Shown in pieces: positions 1 to 12,245 of a stretch of 39,002 nucleotides of DNA. The DNA is taken from the NCBI RefSeq assembly GCF_001194135.2, contig NC_069000.1:15650633-15689634 (forward strand), given 5' to 3'. The stretch's first letter is position 1; every line of letters starts with the position of its first letter. The notes under the pieces were generated by a model that was not told where the DNA came from, made no database searches, and saw only the letters and a program-made list of their open reading frames with translations. This DNA comes from Octopus bimaculoides (taxonomy: Eukaryota). A program made the translations under genes and the position numbers.

Positions 1-310
1 TTAACGTGCAAGTGGCTGAGCACTCCACAGACACGTGTACCCTTAACGTAGTTCTCGGGGATATTCAGCGTGACACAGTGTAACAAGGCTGACCCTTTGA
101 ATTTCAGGAACAACAGAAACAGGAAGTAAGAGTGAGAAAAAGTTGTGGTGAAAGAGTACAGCAGGGTTCGCCACCATCCCCTGCCAGAGCCTCGTGGAGC
201 TTTGGGTGTTTTCGCTCAATAAACACTCACAATGCCCGGTCTGGGAATCAAAACCGTGATCCTATGACCGCCAGTCCGCTGCCCTAACCACTGAGCCATT
301 GCACCTCCAC
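1..310 (-). mobile_element. tRNA-derived SINE, family A (cut by the window start)
   Basis: A-box TGGCTCAGTGG and B-box-like GGTTTTGATTCC; homologous to 3932-4333 and 33480-33798. Confidence 0.8.
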
Positions 311-320
311 AATTATGACG

Positions 321-542
321 TTAACCCTTTAACATTCAGATTACTGTCAAATGTGATGCTTATTTATTCACATTCTTTTGAATTTATCCTGCATTATCTT
401 GTAGTCTTGAAATTCCAATGATGTGACTATTTATAGACGGATATTGTAGAGTAGATGGGAGAGGCCAGATCCAGCCAGTTTGAACATAAAACACGTAGAA
501 TATTCTGGCTGGATGTGGCCAGTTTAAATGCTAAAGAGTTAA
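321..542. mobile_element. piggyBac-type MITE (TTAA-flanked)
   Basis: TTAA-CCCTTTAACATT ... AATGCTAAAGAG-TTAA termini; an inverted second copy lies at 15670-15899. Confidence 0.65.
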
Positions 543-849
543 AAATCTACAAGGGGTAGTTACAACAACTCCAGTCTTAGTTATTTAAAAGCCACCTTCT
601 AGGCATATTTTCAATGATTTATGGATGTCACTGACATTAATTTCATTTTTTTTTTCTCTGAAATTTCTTTTTATGGGTTCCTGTACAACTTATATGAGGT
701 TGATAGTATTTCCTTTTGCTTTTAGGTTATTGTCAGAACATGATTTATTTGGGCTGTTTTTTAGTAAATACTTGAACATCTATAGTTTTTCCACTTTTTT
801 TTTTTTTATGCTGTGCTGCTGAGTTGAATTCTTTCATATTTTGCAATCC

Positions 850-1200
850 TCTTAACCTTAGTGTCTATGTCACCATTTGAAGACAAGTCTCATGTTTTTC
901 CAGAAGATTTTGCATGATTGAAGTCGTTGACATCATCATGTATCATACACTTTTGTAGTACATTGATGACACTACAATTTAAGTGTTCCTGATCAAGTGC
1001 AAGTTCTCTCATTGGATGAAGTCATGGCATTACTTCAACCTGACTTTCTCATAGTGTTTTCTTGACAAGGATGTTAGGGTGATTTACCATTGCCTTCCCT
1101 ATTTGGATGGCCGTTGGCCTACAAAAGTGTTTATTCAGCCTTCAACAGGCCTTGTTTTTAGCTTTGCTGAGTGTCCAGACACCCTCCTCACAAGAGCAGC
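850..1200 (-). mobile_element. Highly degenerate RTE-like LINE remnant
   Basis: The minus frame contains EGVWTLSKA (compare RTE G.E.WTL.K) and ELALDQ (compare E.A.DR), with stops. Confidence 0.3.
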
Positions 1201-1228
1201 AAGGTACTCAAGTGGAGTTATTGTTAGC

Positions 1229-1287
<59 letters not shown>

Positions 1288-1295
1288 TGTTATTA

Positions 1296-1803
1296 TTGAA
1301 TGAGAGAGCAGTGCATGCCATCAAAGTGACACTGGGGTAAAATATGCGAAGCTCAGTATACCCATCATGACTACCAGTCTGATAAGGGTACACCAGGCAC
1401 ATGCATCACAACCATATGTGTGCGACTTGGTGATCTCATATCAAGATAAACAGCGCATGACCTTGCAGGTGGGGCCGAGTTAGAATTTTCTTCAGGTCGA
1501 GTAGCCCATCCCGCTCAAAAGGTCCCTGAATAAGGTTTGTTTAAGGAAGTTGAGCAAAACACCCATGTTTCCAAAGGTGAATCATTCAAACCCCAAAGAA
1601 TTCCTCTCAACACATGGCTATGATGCTCCCCCACTACTTCTGCTCATGATCAGAGATGCACATATCGTCAGCCACCAAGGGACATGCTCAACTGGTTATG
1701 GTCAAACAACTGAGAAGCAAATCTGTGGTATTAAGCAGAATATTTGCTGTAGCCCATCATTTATATCAAGGCAAAACAATATACATGATAACACTTCCAA
1801 TCA

Positions 1804-1805
<2 letters not shown>
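1296..1805 (-). mobile_element. ~500-bp non-coding interspersed element embedded in (TTA)n
   Basis: Homologous to 25723-26193 in inverted orientation; (TTA)n flanks both sides. Confidence 0.75.
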
Positions 1806-1902
<97 letters not shown>

Positions 1903-1907
1903 CATCA

Positions 1908-1947
<40 letters not shown>
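1806..1947. repeat. (TTA)n microsatellite, more than 40 units
   Basis: Seen directly in the sequence. Confidence 0.95.
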
Positions 1948-1948
<1 letters not shown>

Positions 1949-2325
1949 ATTCAGTGGTGGGGTACTTATTCTGCAGCAAACTTTGTGGTCCTTGAAGCTT
2001 TCAGTAATTCTATGATTTTTTTTTTCTAAAACAGTATGAATATCTGTATTTCATTTTATTCTATTTAATAATGTCTCCTGCTTGTCTTAATTATTTAAAT
2101 ATTTTGTTATATATCTTTTAATGTCTATTTTTACTCTATTTTTACCTAAACTCATTATATACATGCATTTATATATTTATGTATAAATATACATATATAT
2201 ATATATAAGGAAAATAAGACAAGGTAGAAAACGTATGTATGTATTTATGTATGTATGTATGTATATGTAGATTTATTCATATATGTTCTTTCTTTTCTTT
2301 TCTTCCCCCCTTACTTTCACTTTAG

Positions 2326-2601
2326 GACTTTTCACTGGATTATGTTTCTTCACTGCAAACGTTGTTGTCGGACTGTATTTTAGCTCAAAACAAGCTTTGG
2401 CAGTAAGCCTTGCTACCACAGGCAATGGAGCTGGTGTGTTTGTCATCAACTACATCACTGAAAACCTCTTGGCTTATTATGGGTTGAGAGGGACTCTACT
2501 CATGCTCTCCAGTTTGATACTCAATATGGCAGTTGCTGGGGCCCTGTGCCGACCCTTAAAATACAAGCTTGTCGAGAATACTGACAATAATATACCTTTG
2601 A
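2326..2601 (+). CDS. SLC16-like exon (TM4-TM6)
   Basis: Acceptor tttag|GA, donor A|gtaagt, 276 nt, phase 1-1. Translates to GLFTGLCFFTANVVVGLYFSSKQALAVSLATTGNGAG...GALCRPLKYK. Confidence 0.92.
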
Positions 2602-2624
2602 GTAAGTTCATTGACTCTTTCTTT

Positions 2625-2657
<33 letters not shown>

Positions 2658-4300
2658 TTCATCATCATCATCATTATCTCCTAATATAATAATGAGCATA
2701 ATGTTTTTATATCATCATCATCATCATCATCATCATCATTTAATGTTTGCTTTCCATGCTGTCATGGGTTGGACGGTTTGACTGAGGACTGGTGAGCCAG
2801 AGGCTGCTCCAAGCTCAATCTGGTCTGGCAAAGTTTCTACAGCTGGATGCCCTTCCCATTAGTTTTATTATCCATATATTCGTACATTGGGCCTCACCGA
2901 GGCGATGACTACTGACCGAGACCTTTGGAAATGTGCTGTGCGTGAGAAGACCCGGCAAGCCAAGTAAGATCGTTGCCAGTGCCCCTGGACTGGTTCTTGT
3001 GCGGGTGGCACATGAGATGCACCATTTTGAGCGTGGCCGTTGCCAGTACCGCCTGACTGGCTCCCGTAGGATTTTCGAGCGAGATCGTTGCCAGTGCCCC
3101 TGGACTGGCTTGTGCGGGTGGCACATAAAAGACACCATTTCGAGCGTGGCCGTTTTCGTGCGGGTGACACGTAAAAGCACCCACTACACTCTCTGAGTGG
3201 TTGGCGTTAGGAAGGGCATCCAGCTGTAGAAACTCTGCCAAATCAGATTGAAGCCTGGTGTTGCCATCCGGTTTCACCAGTCCTCAGTCAAATCGTCCAA
3301 CCCATGCTAGCATGGAAAGCGGACGTTAAACGATGATGATGATGATGATGATATATATATATATGTATATATATATATAGAGAGAGAGAGAGACTCACAC
3401 ACTCATACTCATACATGCACACAAACACACACTCACCCATTTACACAGATGTAAACTCCGAGACCATAGTACAGGAGTTCACTAGGAGGAATTTTTTACA
3501 AGTTATGAAAATACATAACCAGTCACAGTTAAAATTGTACACACAAGCGCACAATGACATAAATATTGACACATACATGAGTAGACTTTGTAATTTGTAA
3601 ACAGAAAAAAAGCTTATGTAATCATTAAATTATTTATCCATTCATATATTGGTAAATATTCAGACAAAGTAAACATCAGGGACGTATATTCTGGGTGTGT
3701 TAGGTGTACACTGCACACCCATCGAAAATGGCAAATTCATTATAAATATTAACCTTACTCGTTAATTTAATCACAAATCTTAATAGAAAGCTTTTGTTAA
3801 ACACCTGCTTGAAATTTTTTTGCACCTGCTTAAAATTTGGTGGCATTGGGTGTGACAACACATCCAATACAACAACCACTATAAACCACTGAGAATCTCT
3901 GTGTATTACTCTGGTATAACTCTATGGCTGTAGTGGAAGCGCAATGGCCCAGTGGTTAGGGCAGCGAACTCGCGGTTTCGATTCCCAGACTGGGCATTGT
4001 GAATGTTTATTGAGCGAAAAACACCTAAAGCTCCACGAGGCTCCGGCAGGGGATGGTGGTGAACCCTGCTGTACTCTTCCACCACAACTTTCTCTCACTC
4101 TTACTTCCTGTTTCTGTTGTGCCTGTAATTCAAAAGGGTCAGCCTTGTCACACTCTGTGTCACGCTGAATATCCCCGAGAACTACGTTAAAGGTACACGT
4201 GTCTGTGGAGTGCTCAGCCACTTGCACGTTAATTTCACGAGCAGGCTCTTCCGTTGATCGGATCAAGTGGAACCCTCGATGTTGTAAGCAACGGAGTGCC

Positions 4301-4338
<38 letters not shown>

Positions 4339-5060
4339 ATGGCTGTGAAAAGTGGAAAGTGACCAAAATGGAAGCAAAAACAATGGGCAGCTTCCAATTT
4401 ACATGCTTAAGGAGAACACTCAACATCAAGTGGCTGCAAAGAGTTCAAAATAACACAATAGAGACAACAATAGGCATCAACAGGATCAGTGATGAAATAA
4501 GATGCAGATGCTGGAACTAGATTGGACACATCTTAAGACAAGATTGAGAAAGCAATTGTATGGTGGCTCTGAAGTGGTAGCCTGAGAGTAAAAGGACAGC
4601 ACAGTGCCCTAAAACCACATAGTGAAAGACCATTGACAAGGAAAGGAGATAAGAAGGGCGGAGAAGCTGGAATGAGACCAGAACAGTGGCAGAAAACAGA
4701 GTGGGTTGGAGAGATCATGTTGCAGTATTATATGCCTCATGGCTCAGAGAGTACTAACTCACTGACGCTCTATAAAGTGATTGGCATTAGGATAAGCATC
4801 CAGTTGTAGAAGCCATGCTAAAGCAGACAATGGTCTTGATGAAGTTCTCTGGCTCAATGGCTCCTGTCAAATCATCAAACCCATGCCAGCATGGAAAATG
4901 GACAGTGAGTGACCATTGGTTTCATTCCGATAAAGCACTTAGCTGTATAGGCAGCTTATCAGACTCAATCAAAATCTGTTAACTTTTGAGTCTGAGGAGT
5001 TGCTTATATAATGGTAACCAATGGTTACTCTCTGACTAGCCATAACAAACAACCTTCTAA

Positions 5061-5094
<34 letters not shown>

Positions 5095-6027
5095 NNNNNN
5101 NNNNNNNNNNNNNNNNNNNNNNNNNNNNNNNNNNNNNNNNNNNNNNNNNNNNNNNNNNNNNNNNNNNNNNNNNNNNNNNNNNNNNNNNNNNNNNNNNNNN
5201 NNNNNNNNNNNNNNNNNNNNNNNNNNNNNNNNNNNNNNNNNNNNNNNNNNNNNNNNNNNNNNNNNNNNNNNNNNNNNNNNNNNNNNNNNNNNNNNNNNNN
5301 NNNNNNNNNNNNNNNNNNNNNNNNNNNNNNNNNNNNNNNNNNNNNNNNNNNNNNNNNNTATATATATACTGGAGTAAGCACATAAATGTGCAACAAGGTG
5401 GAAAAAAGAGTACTCAAATACCAGAGGTAGAGTAATATGCGTTATTTAAAAGCAGCAGAAATATAACAAAAAACTGTTACTCGGAGTTTCATGTTCCCAT
5501 TCGATGTTATATTTCTTCTGCTTTTAAATAAAGTATATATAAATATATATATATCGCCATCATCATTGAGCACCCATCCTTGTCATCCCATCACCTTCCT
5601 ATTTACCATCTATATGGGTTATATACACACATATATAGCCCATAGGGTAAATACACATATCATCACTATCTAGTGATGATGTGAGTATATAACCTATATT
5701 TTAACCTGTACTTTTGTGAAAAATATGGTTGAGATTCTCATTGGTTTAGGTCTACTTTGTGTGAATATTTACCAATGTATGAATGGATAAATAATTTAAT
5801 GATTACATAGGATTTATTTCTTTTTGTTTATGTATTACAAAGTCTACTAATATATGTGTCAATATTTATTTATGTCATTGTGCGCTTGTGTATACAATTT
5901 TGACTGTAACTTGTTATGTATTTTCATAGCTTGTAAAAAATTCCCTCTAGTATAGTAAACTTCTGTACTGTGGTCTTATATATGTGTTAATGTGTGAGTG
6001 TATGTTTGTGTGCATGTGTGAGCACGG

Positions 6028-6076
<49 letters not shown>

Positions 6077-6939
6077 CAGACATATAAGCGGGATGACCAC
6101 TAAGTGGACATCCCTCATATATGTTTGTAATACAAAATTTTTTCTGAATCTTCAGATTTTTTAATTTGCTAGGCCACTGGTTTTAAATTGATATTAATCA
6201 AATTAATATTCAATTTGTCACCCTTATTNNNNNNNNNNNNNNNNNNNNNNNNNNNNNNNNNNNNNNNNNNNNNNNNNNNNNNNNNNNNNNNNNNNNNNNN
6301 NNNNNNNNNNNNNNNNNNNNNNNNNNNNNNNNNNNNNNNNNNNNNNNNNNNNNNNNNNNNNNNNNNNNNNNNNNNNNNNNNNNNNNNNNNNNNNNNNNNN
6401 NNNNNNNNNNNNNNNNNNNNNNNNNNNNNNNNNNNNNNNNNNNNNNNNNNNNNNNNNNNNNNNNNNNNNNNNNNNNNNNNNNNNNNNNNNNNNNNNNNNN
6501 NNNNNNNNNNNNNNNNNNNNNNNNNNNNNNNNNNNNNNNNNNNNNNNNNNNNNNNNNNNNNNNNNNNNNNNNNNNNNNNNNNNNNNNNNNNNNNNNNNNN
6601 NNNNNNNNNNNNNNNNNNNNNNNNNNNNNNNNNNNNNNNNNNNNNNNNNNNNNNNNNNNNNNNNNNNNNNNNNNNNNNNNNNNNNNNNNNNNNNNNNNNN
6701 NNNNNNNNNNNNNNNNNNNNNNNNNNNNNNNNNNNNNNNNNNNNNNNNNNNNNNNNNNNNNNNNNNNNNNNNNNNNNNNNNNNNNNNNNNNNNNNNNNNN
6801 NNNNNNNNNNNNNNNNNNNNNNCAGTAATAGATAACAATGCAGAGACTGTCAAGAAAACAACTTCAGAAAATAGCGTTGATGAAACCCGTGTTTCACTAA
6901 TGGTAAATATATATTTATATTACATTTGTGTATTTGTTT

Positions 6940-7000
<61 letters not shown>

Positions 7001-10000
7001 GTTATAGGCAGAATTTTACAATTTTTCAAAAGGAACTTAGGCATATGTTTACAGTTGTTGAAAATCTCAGTCCTTTACCAGATTAATTTGTCACTATTTT
7101 TTCCAGTCTTATAATTTAACATCTAAGGGTGATAACTCTTTTACCTTTTCACTTATTTCTGATTACATTTTTGTTTTGTTGTGTCTGGGGAGAGTCATTC
7201 TCTTTTGGTGCCTTATAATTTAACACACTCACCGGTAAAATTTCCACTTATTTCTTTTTTATTTTTCTAAAATTTTCGTTGCGTCTTGCAACCTTTTCAA
7301 TAGTTTTGACTCTGTCCGTTGCTCACACTGCGTTCCTTTTTGTTTCTTTGTGCACATATGTGTGGATCAGTGTGTATGTGTGTGCCTATACATGCATGCA
7401 TGTATGTATGCATGCATGTATGTATGTATGCATGTGTGTGTATGCATGTATGTGTGTGTGTGCATATGTATCTATCTATGTGTGTACATTTGTATGTATG
7501 TATTCTGCACATTCATGTATTTTTGTTTTGTGTTTGGTGAATTTGGTATTGATCTCTATTTTGTACAATGATCACTTCTACCCAGAAATAAAGATCAATA
7601 CCAAATCCATCCTCTGGTTACTTAATCAGTTATCATTATCTCAACTAACACTGTAGAATTCCTGAAGTATATTCAACAGAAAGCTGCAGATAACACCAGG
7701 TAGCCTAAACTGTGCCAGTGCTTTATTCCACATTTCAACACACTAATCGACATATACTCATTAGTCCAAAACATTAGGCATGGCTGTGTGGTAAGAAGCT
7801 TGCTTCCCAATCACATGGTTCTGGGTTCAGTTCCACTGCATGGCACCTTGGGCAAGTGTCTTCTACTATAGCCTCGAGCTAACCAAAGCCTTGTGAATGG
7901 ATTTGGTTGATGGAAACTGAAAGAAGCTTGTTATATATGTATATATGTATTCTTCCTTTTATTCTTTTATTTTTTTTAGTCATTTGACTGCGGCCATGCT
8001 GGAGCACCACCTTCAGTCAAACAAATCGACCCCAGGATTTATTCTTTGTAAACCTAATACTTATTCTATCAGTCTCATATATATATAGGTATATATTTGT
8101 GTGTTTGTGTCTGTGTTTGTCCCTTCACCATCGCTTGACAACTGATCTTGGTGTGATTACATCCCCGTAACATAGAAGTTTGGCAAAGAGACTGATAGAA
8201 TAAGTACCAGGCTTACAAAGAATAAATCCAGGGGTCAATTTCTTTGACTAAGAAGGTGGTGCTCCAGCTGGGCCACAGTCAAAATGACTGAAACAAATAA
8301 AAGAAAAAAGAAGCATATATATATTTTATCAACTACATATGCTTAACACATACATTCCAGGTACTTGCTGGTAGGATGCGATTTGGCATGGTGGAGAATA
8401 GTTTCTTAGAGAGCTAGGTGTTAAAACACCTGAAAGTCGTGGACAGGCAAGATAACTCACAACTAATCACATCCAGGAGTGATAGACATTAATGATTTGC
8501 CATTTCTGTGGCTTATTAAAATCACATACCCAGACAGCGTTGGAGATGAATCATGGCAAGGTGAGATTTTGAGGGATTTCTGGTTACCAGATCTTGACCA
8601 GTTGTTTGAGCAATCATTTAGATCTTTCCTTGGTGGCTATTACAGATATGTATAATGGTGATATATATATGGCTTGTACCAATCACCCATTTCATTTCTT
8701 TTTCCCTTTTCTGTCTTTGTTCTACTATTTCAGACAGTCAACACAAGTGACGGAAAGGATAAACAAACCGTTACAAAGAAAACGTCTTGCATCCATTCCA
8801 TTCTTAAAAACCTTGCTATCTTCTTTGACTATGAAATACTGAAGAATGCAAACACCATATTCATGATCACTATCTATTTTCTATGGTCTGGTGAGTATGA
8901 GGCTTTTGTATACATTATACACAATACAGAATTTTTACCTGCTCCTTTTCTGCATATCAAGTGTGGGCATCGCATAGAGGGGTGTCTTTTATCTCACTTG
9001 CTAAAACTTTTGTCTGTGGTTTACTATCAATCTGTTTTGTTTTGTTTTGTTTTGTTTGTTTTTTTTCTTGTTTTTTTGTCATTCTAAGTTTTGCTTCTAT
9101 ATTTGGAATTTCTTCTCTACAACTTCAACAAATTCAACTACAAAAAATAGGTCTTTGGCCTACTGAAGTTCCCATAAACGCACCATGTATACCAGTGTAC
9201 AGGGCGGAATTTGAACTTTAAAAAAATCACCCCAAAACTAGGGGTCAACTTATGTACCCCATATAAAATCTGAACCTCAACTTCCTGTGGTTTAAAATAG
9301 CACCAATTTCAATGGAGAATAGTGTAAAGCACTCACATAAATCCTGTGGTTCTACAGATACTTGTACATATCGATGGAGAACACCATATAACACTCACAG
9401 GGATCCTATGGTTCTGTAACTTAGCAATTCAGCCAAAGAGACCAACAGAATAAGTACTATGCTTACAAAGAATAAGTCCTGGGGTCAATTGGCTTGACCC
9501 CAGTCAAATTACTGAAAGAAGTAAAAGAATACAAAAAATAAAAATTAAAGAATTCACATCCCAGACATTTCAAAACTGCAAGATAATGCAGGGTTAATTG
9601 AAAACACTGCAAAGAACTTAGCAATACATTTGACAAAGAAATTTGAATGCAAAATGGTTAATCTTTTTCTTTTTTCTTTCTTTCAGTAAACTTTGTCGTG
9701 TACGTGTATCTTCCTCTCTATTCCAAGATTTTGGGTGTAGATGGTACTTTGCTGATCTCACTCAGTGGAGTAGGCTTCACCACAGGACAATTCCTGCTTG
9801 GAATTTTCATAGACTTTCTCCATATCAAAAGTGATTATATGATGACAGCCTCGTTATTCGTCATGGGCAGTTGTGGCATTGCCATTCCACTTGTAGTCAA
9901 ATTTTATCCGTTAGCAGCAATTCTACTCATCTGGTCTATAGCTGGAGGTAAGAAAGAAACATTTAGTGTTTTCTTGTATGTGTGTGCACATGTTTATACA

Positions 10001-10003
10001 TAA

Positions 10004-10040
<37 letters not shown>

Positions 10041-12176
10041 AATGCATGCATGTGTCGGTGTGTGTACATGTGTGTATCTGTGTGAGCATATATATGTCTA
10101 TGTGTGTGTATGTGTGTGTGTGTGCATGTGTACATATATGTATGTGTGTGTGAGTTGTATGTATGTGTGTGTGTATGTGTATGTGTGTGTGTGTTGGGGG
10201 TACAGACATGCCTGTGTAGTAAGAAGTTTACTTCCCAACCATGTGGTTTTCGGCTCAGTGCCACGCAGTGGCACATTAGGTGTCTTCTACTACAACTCCA
10301 GGATGACCAAAGACTTGTGAGTGAATTTGGTAAATGGAACTGAGAGAAGCCTGTCATATGTGTGTTGACAACTGAGGCTGGTGTGTTTATGTCCCCGTAA
10401 CCTTGCAGTTCAGCAAAAGAGACCGATAGAATAAATACTAGGCTTACAAAGAATAAGTCCTGGGGTCGATTTGTTCGACTAAAGGTGGTGCTCCAGCATG
10501 GCCGCAGTCAAATGACTGAAACAAGTAAAAGAGTAAAAGAGTAAAAAGAGAGTACTAGAAAGTATTTAAGGTATTTAATTAAGCAAATTACCCTCCCTAC
10601 CTGTCTGTTGCCTATCACAATAATATCCTGTTGACAATATAATATGTCTTTTACTTATGTATATTTTTGCTTTGTCATTTTATAGCTAACTTTTCTGTCT
10701 TTGACAGGGTTCTGTGTTTCACTACGAGTAGTATTTACAACATTGATAGTAGGATTTGAAAATCTAGCAAGTGGTTACAGTTTATTAAGTTTGTTCAATG
10801 GAATTGGTTATGTAATAGGACCACCACTATTTGGTAAGTAGCGTATTTACTTGATTTGCATATTATGTTTATTGTCGTGACTAAGAAGTGAAGCTCTCTT
10901 TATAAGAAATCAATCAATATTATTGACTGATAACATATATCAGAGTTGTTTCTCTTTGGTATCTGATACTGAAGAGAAATAAAACATACAAAATACTTCT
11001 ATCAGTCCAATAGAAAGTGTTCTGAGCAGACTATGGTGTTTTGACACCCTTTTCTCTGTGAAAAATTGTAGATAAAAGCCTTTTACAGGCTTGTTATCTC
11101 TCAAACATATTTGAACTGGGTTTAAATTTGTTTATATACATAAGAAAAGCTAGGAACAAGCTAGATAATGACGAAGCACTAACGAAAATTTTGAGAGCAT
11201 ATAGAATATGACCAAATCCAAATACTAATTCAGGAAATTCACCAGCAGAGTTAATGTTTGCACATGAGACCTTTGGAAATATGCTAACTCCTGACCGAGA
11301 CCTTTGGAAATATGCTGTGCGTGAGAAGACCCGGCAAGCCAAGTGAGACCAAAATGCAAGGCCTCTGCCAGGGATATAGCTAGCCCACTTATGCATACCT
11401 TTCCTTCATTAGACAATAAACTCTGATTGCAAAAACCTGTTGAGGCAAGTGAAATCGAAATCGAACTAAATTCGACACCTGGTCCCCATGCCAACGTCTC
11501 CTTTATTGGACACTAAACTCTGCTTGCGAAGACCTGTTGGGGCAAGCGAAAGCAAAATCGTGATGGCACCACCGTTCGANNNNNNNNNNNNNNNNNNNNN
11601 NNNNNNNNNNNNNNNNNNNNNNNNNNNNNNNNNNNNNNNNNNNNNNNNNNNNNNNNNNNNNNNNNNNNNNNNNNNNNNNNNNNNNNNNNNNNNNNNNNNN
11701 NNNNNNNNNNNNNNNNNNNNNNNNNNNNNNNNNNNNNNNNNNNNNNNNNNNNNNNNNNNNNNNNNNNNNNNNNNNNNNNNNNNNNNNNNNNNNNNNNNNN
11801 NNNNNNNNNNNNNNNNNNNNNNNNNNNNNNNNNNNNNNNNNNNNNNNNNNNNNNNNNNNNNNNNNNNNNNNNNNNNNNNNNNNNNNNNNNNNNNNNNNNN
11901 NNNNNNNNNNNNNNNNNNNNNNNNNNNNNNNNNNNNNNNNNNNNNNNNNNNNNNNNNNNNNNNNNNNNNNNNNNNNNNNNNNNNNNNNNNNNNNNNNNNN
12001 NNNNNNNNNNNNNNNNNNNNNNNNNNNNNNNNNNNNNNNNNNNNNNNNNNNNNNNNNNNNNNNNNNNNNNNNNNNNNNNNNNNNNNNNNNNNNNNNNNNN
12101 NNNNNNNNNNNNNNNNNNNNNNNNNNNNNNNNNNNNNNNNNNNNNNNNNNNNNNNNNNNNNNNNNNNNNNNNNNNN

Positions 12177-12245
<69 letters not shown>

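Noticed and set aside
1079-2029. Poly-Ile/Leu/Tyr ORFs that look like membrane proteins
   Set aside because: They are translations of (TTA)n microsatellites plus a non-coding repeat.
2815-3277. Four overlapping ORFs of 87-122 aa
   Set aside because: They fall in a GC-rich retroposon with internal subrepeats, show no domain signature, and are open on both strands by composition.
3932-4010. tRNA gene
   Set aside because: It has A and B boxes but is continuous with a multi-copy SINE body and TSDs; no full cloverleaf.
7255-7310. Hammerhead-like stem on the minus strand (gttgc-aagac-gcaac GAAA)
   Set aside because: A CUGANGA core is absent and stem III is not convincing; at most a degenerate PLE-like fragment.
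7657-7729. Candidate SLC16 loop exon (FLKYIQQKAADNT)
   Set aside because: It would end in phase 2, which fits neither acceptor at 8734 nor 8738.
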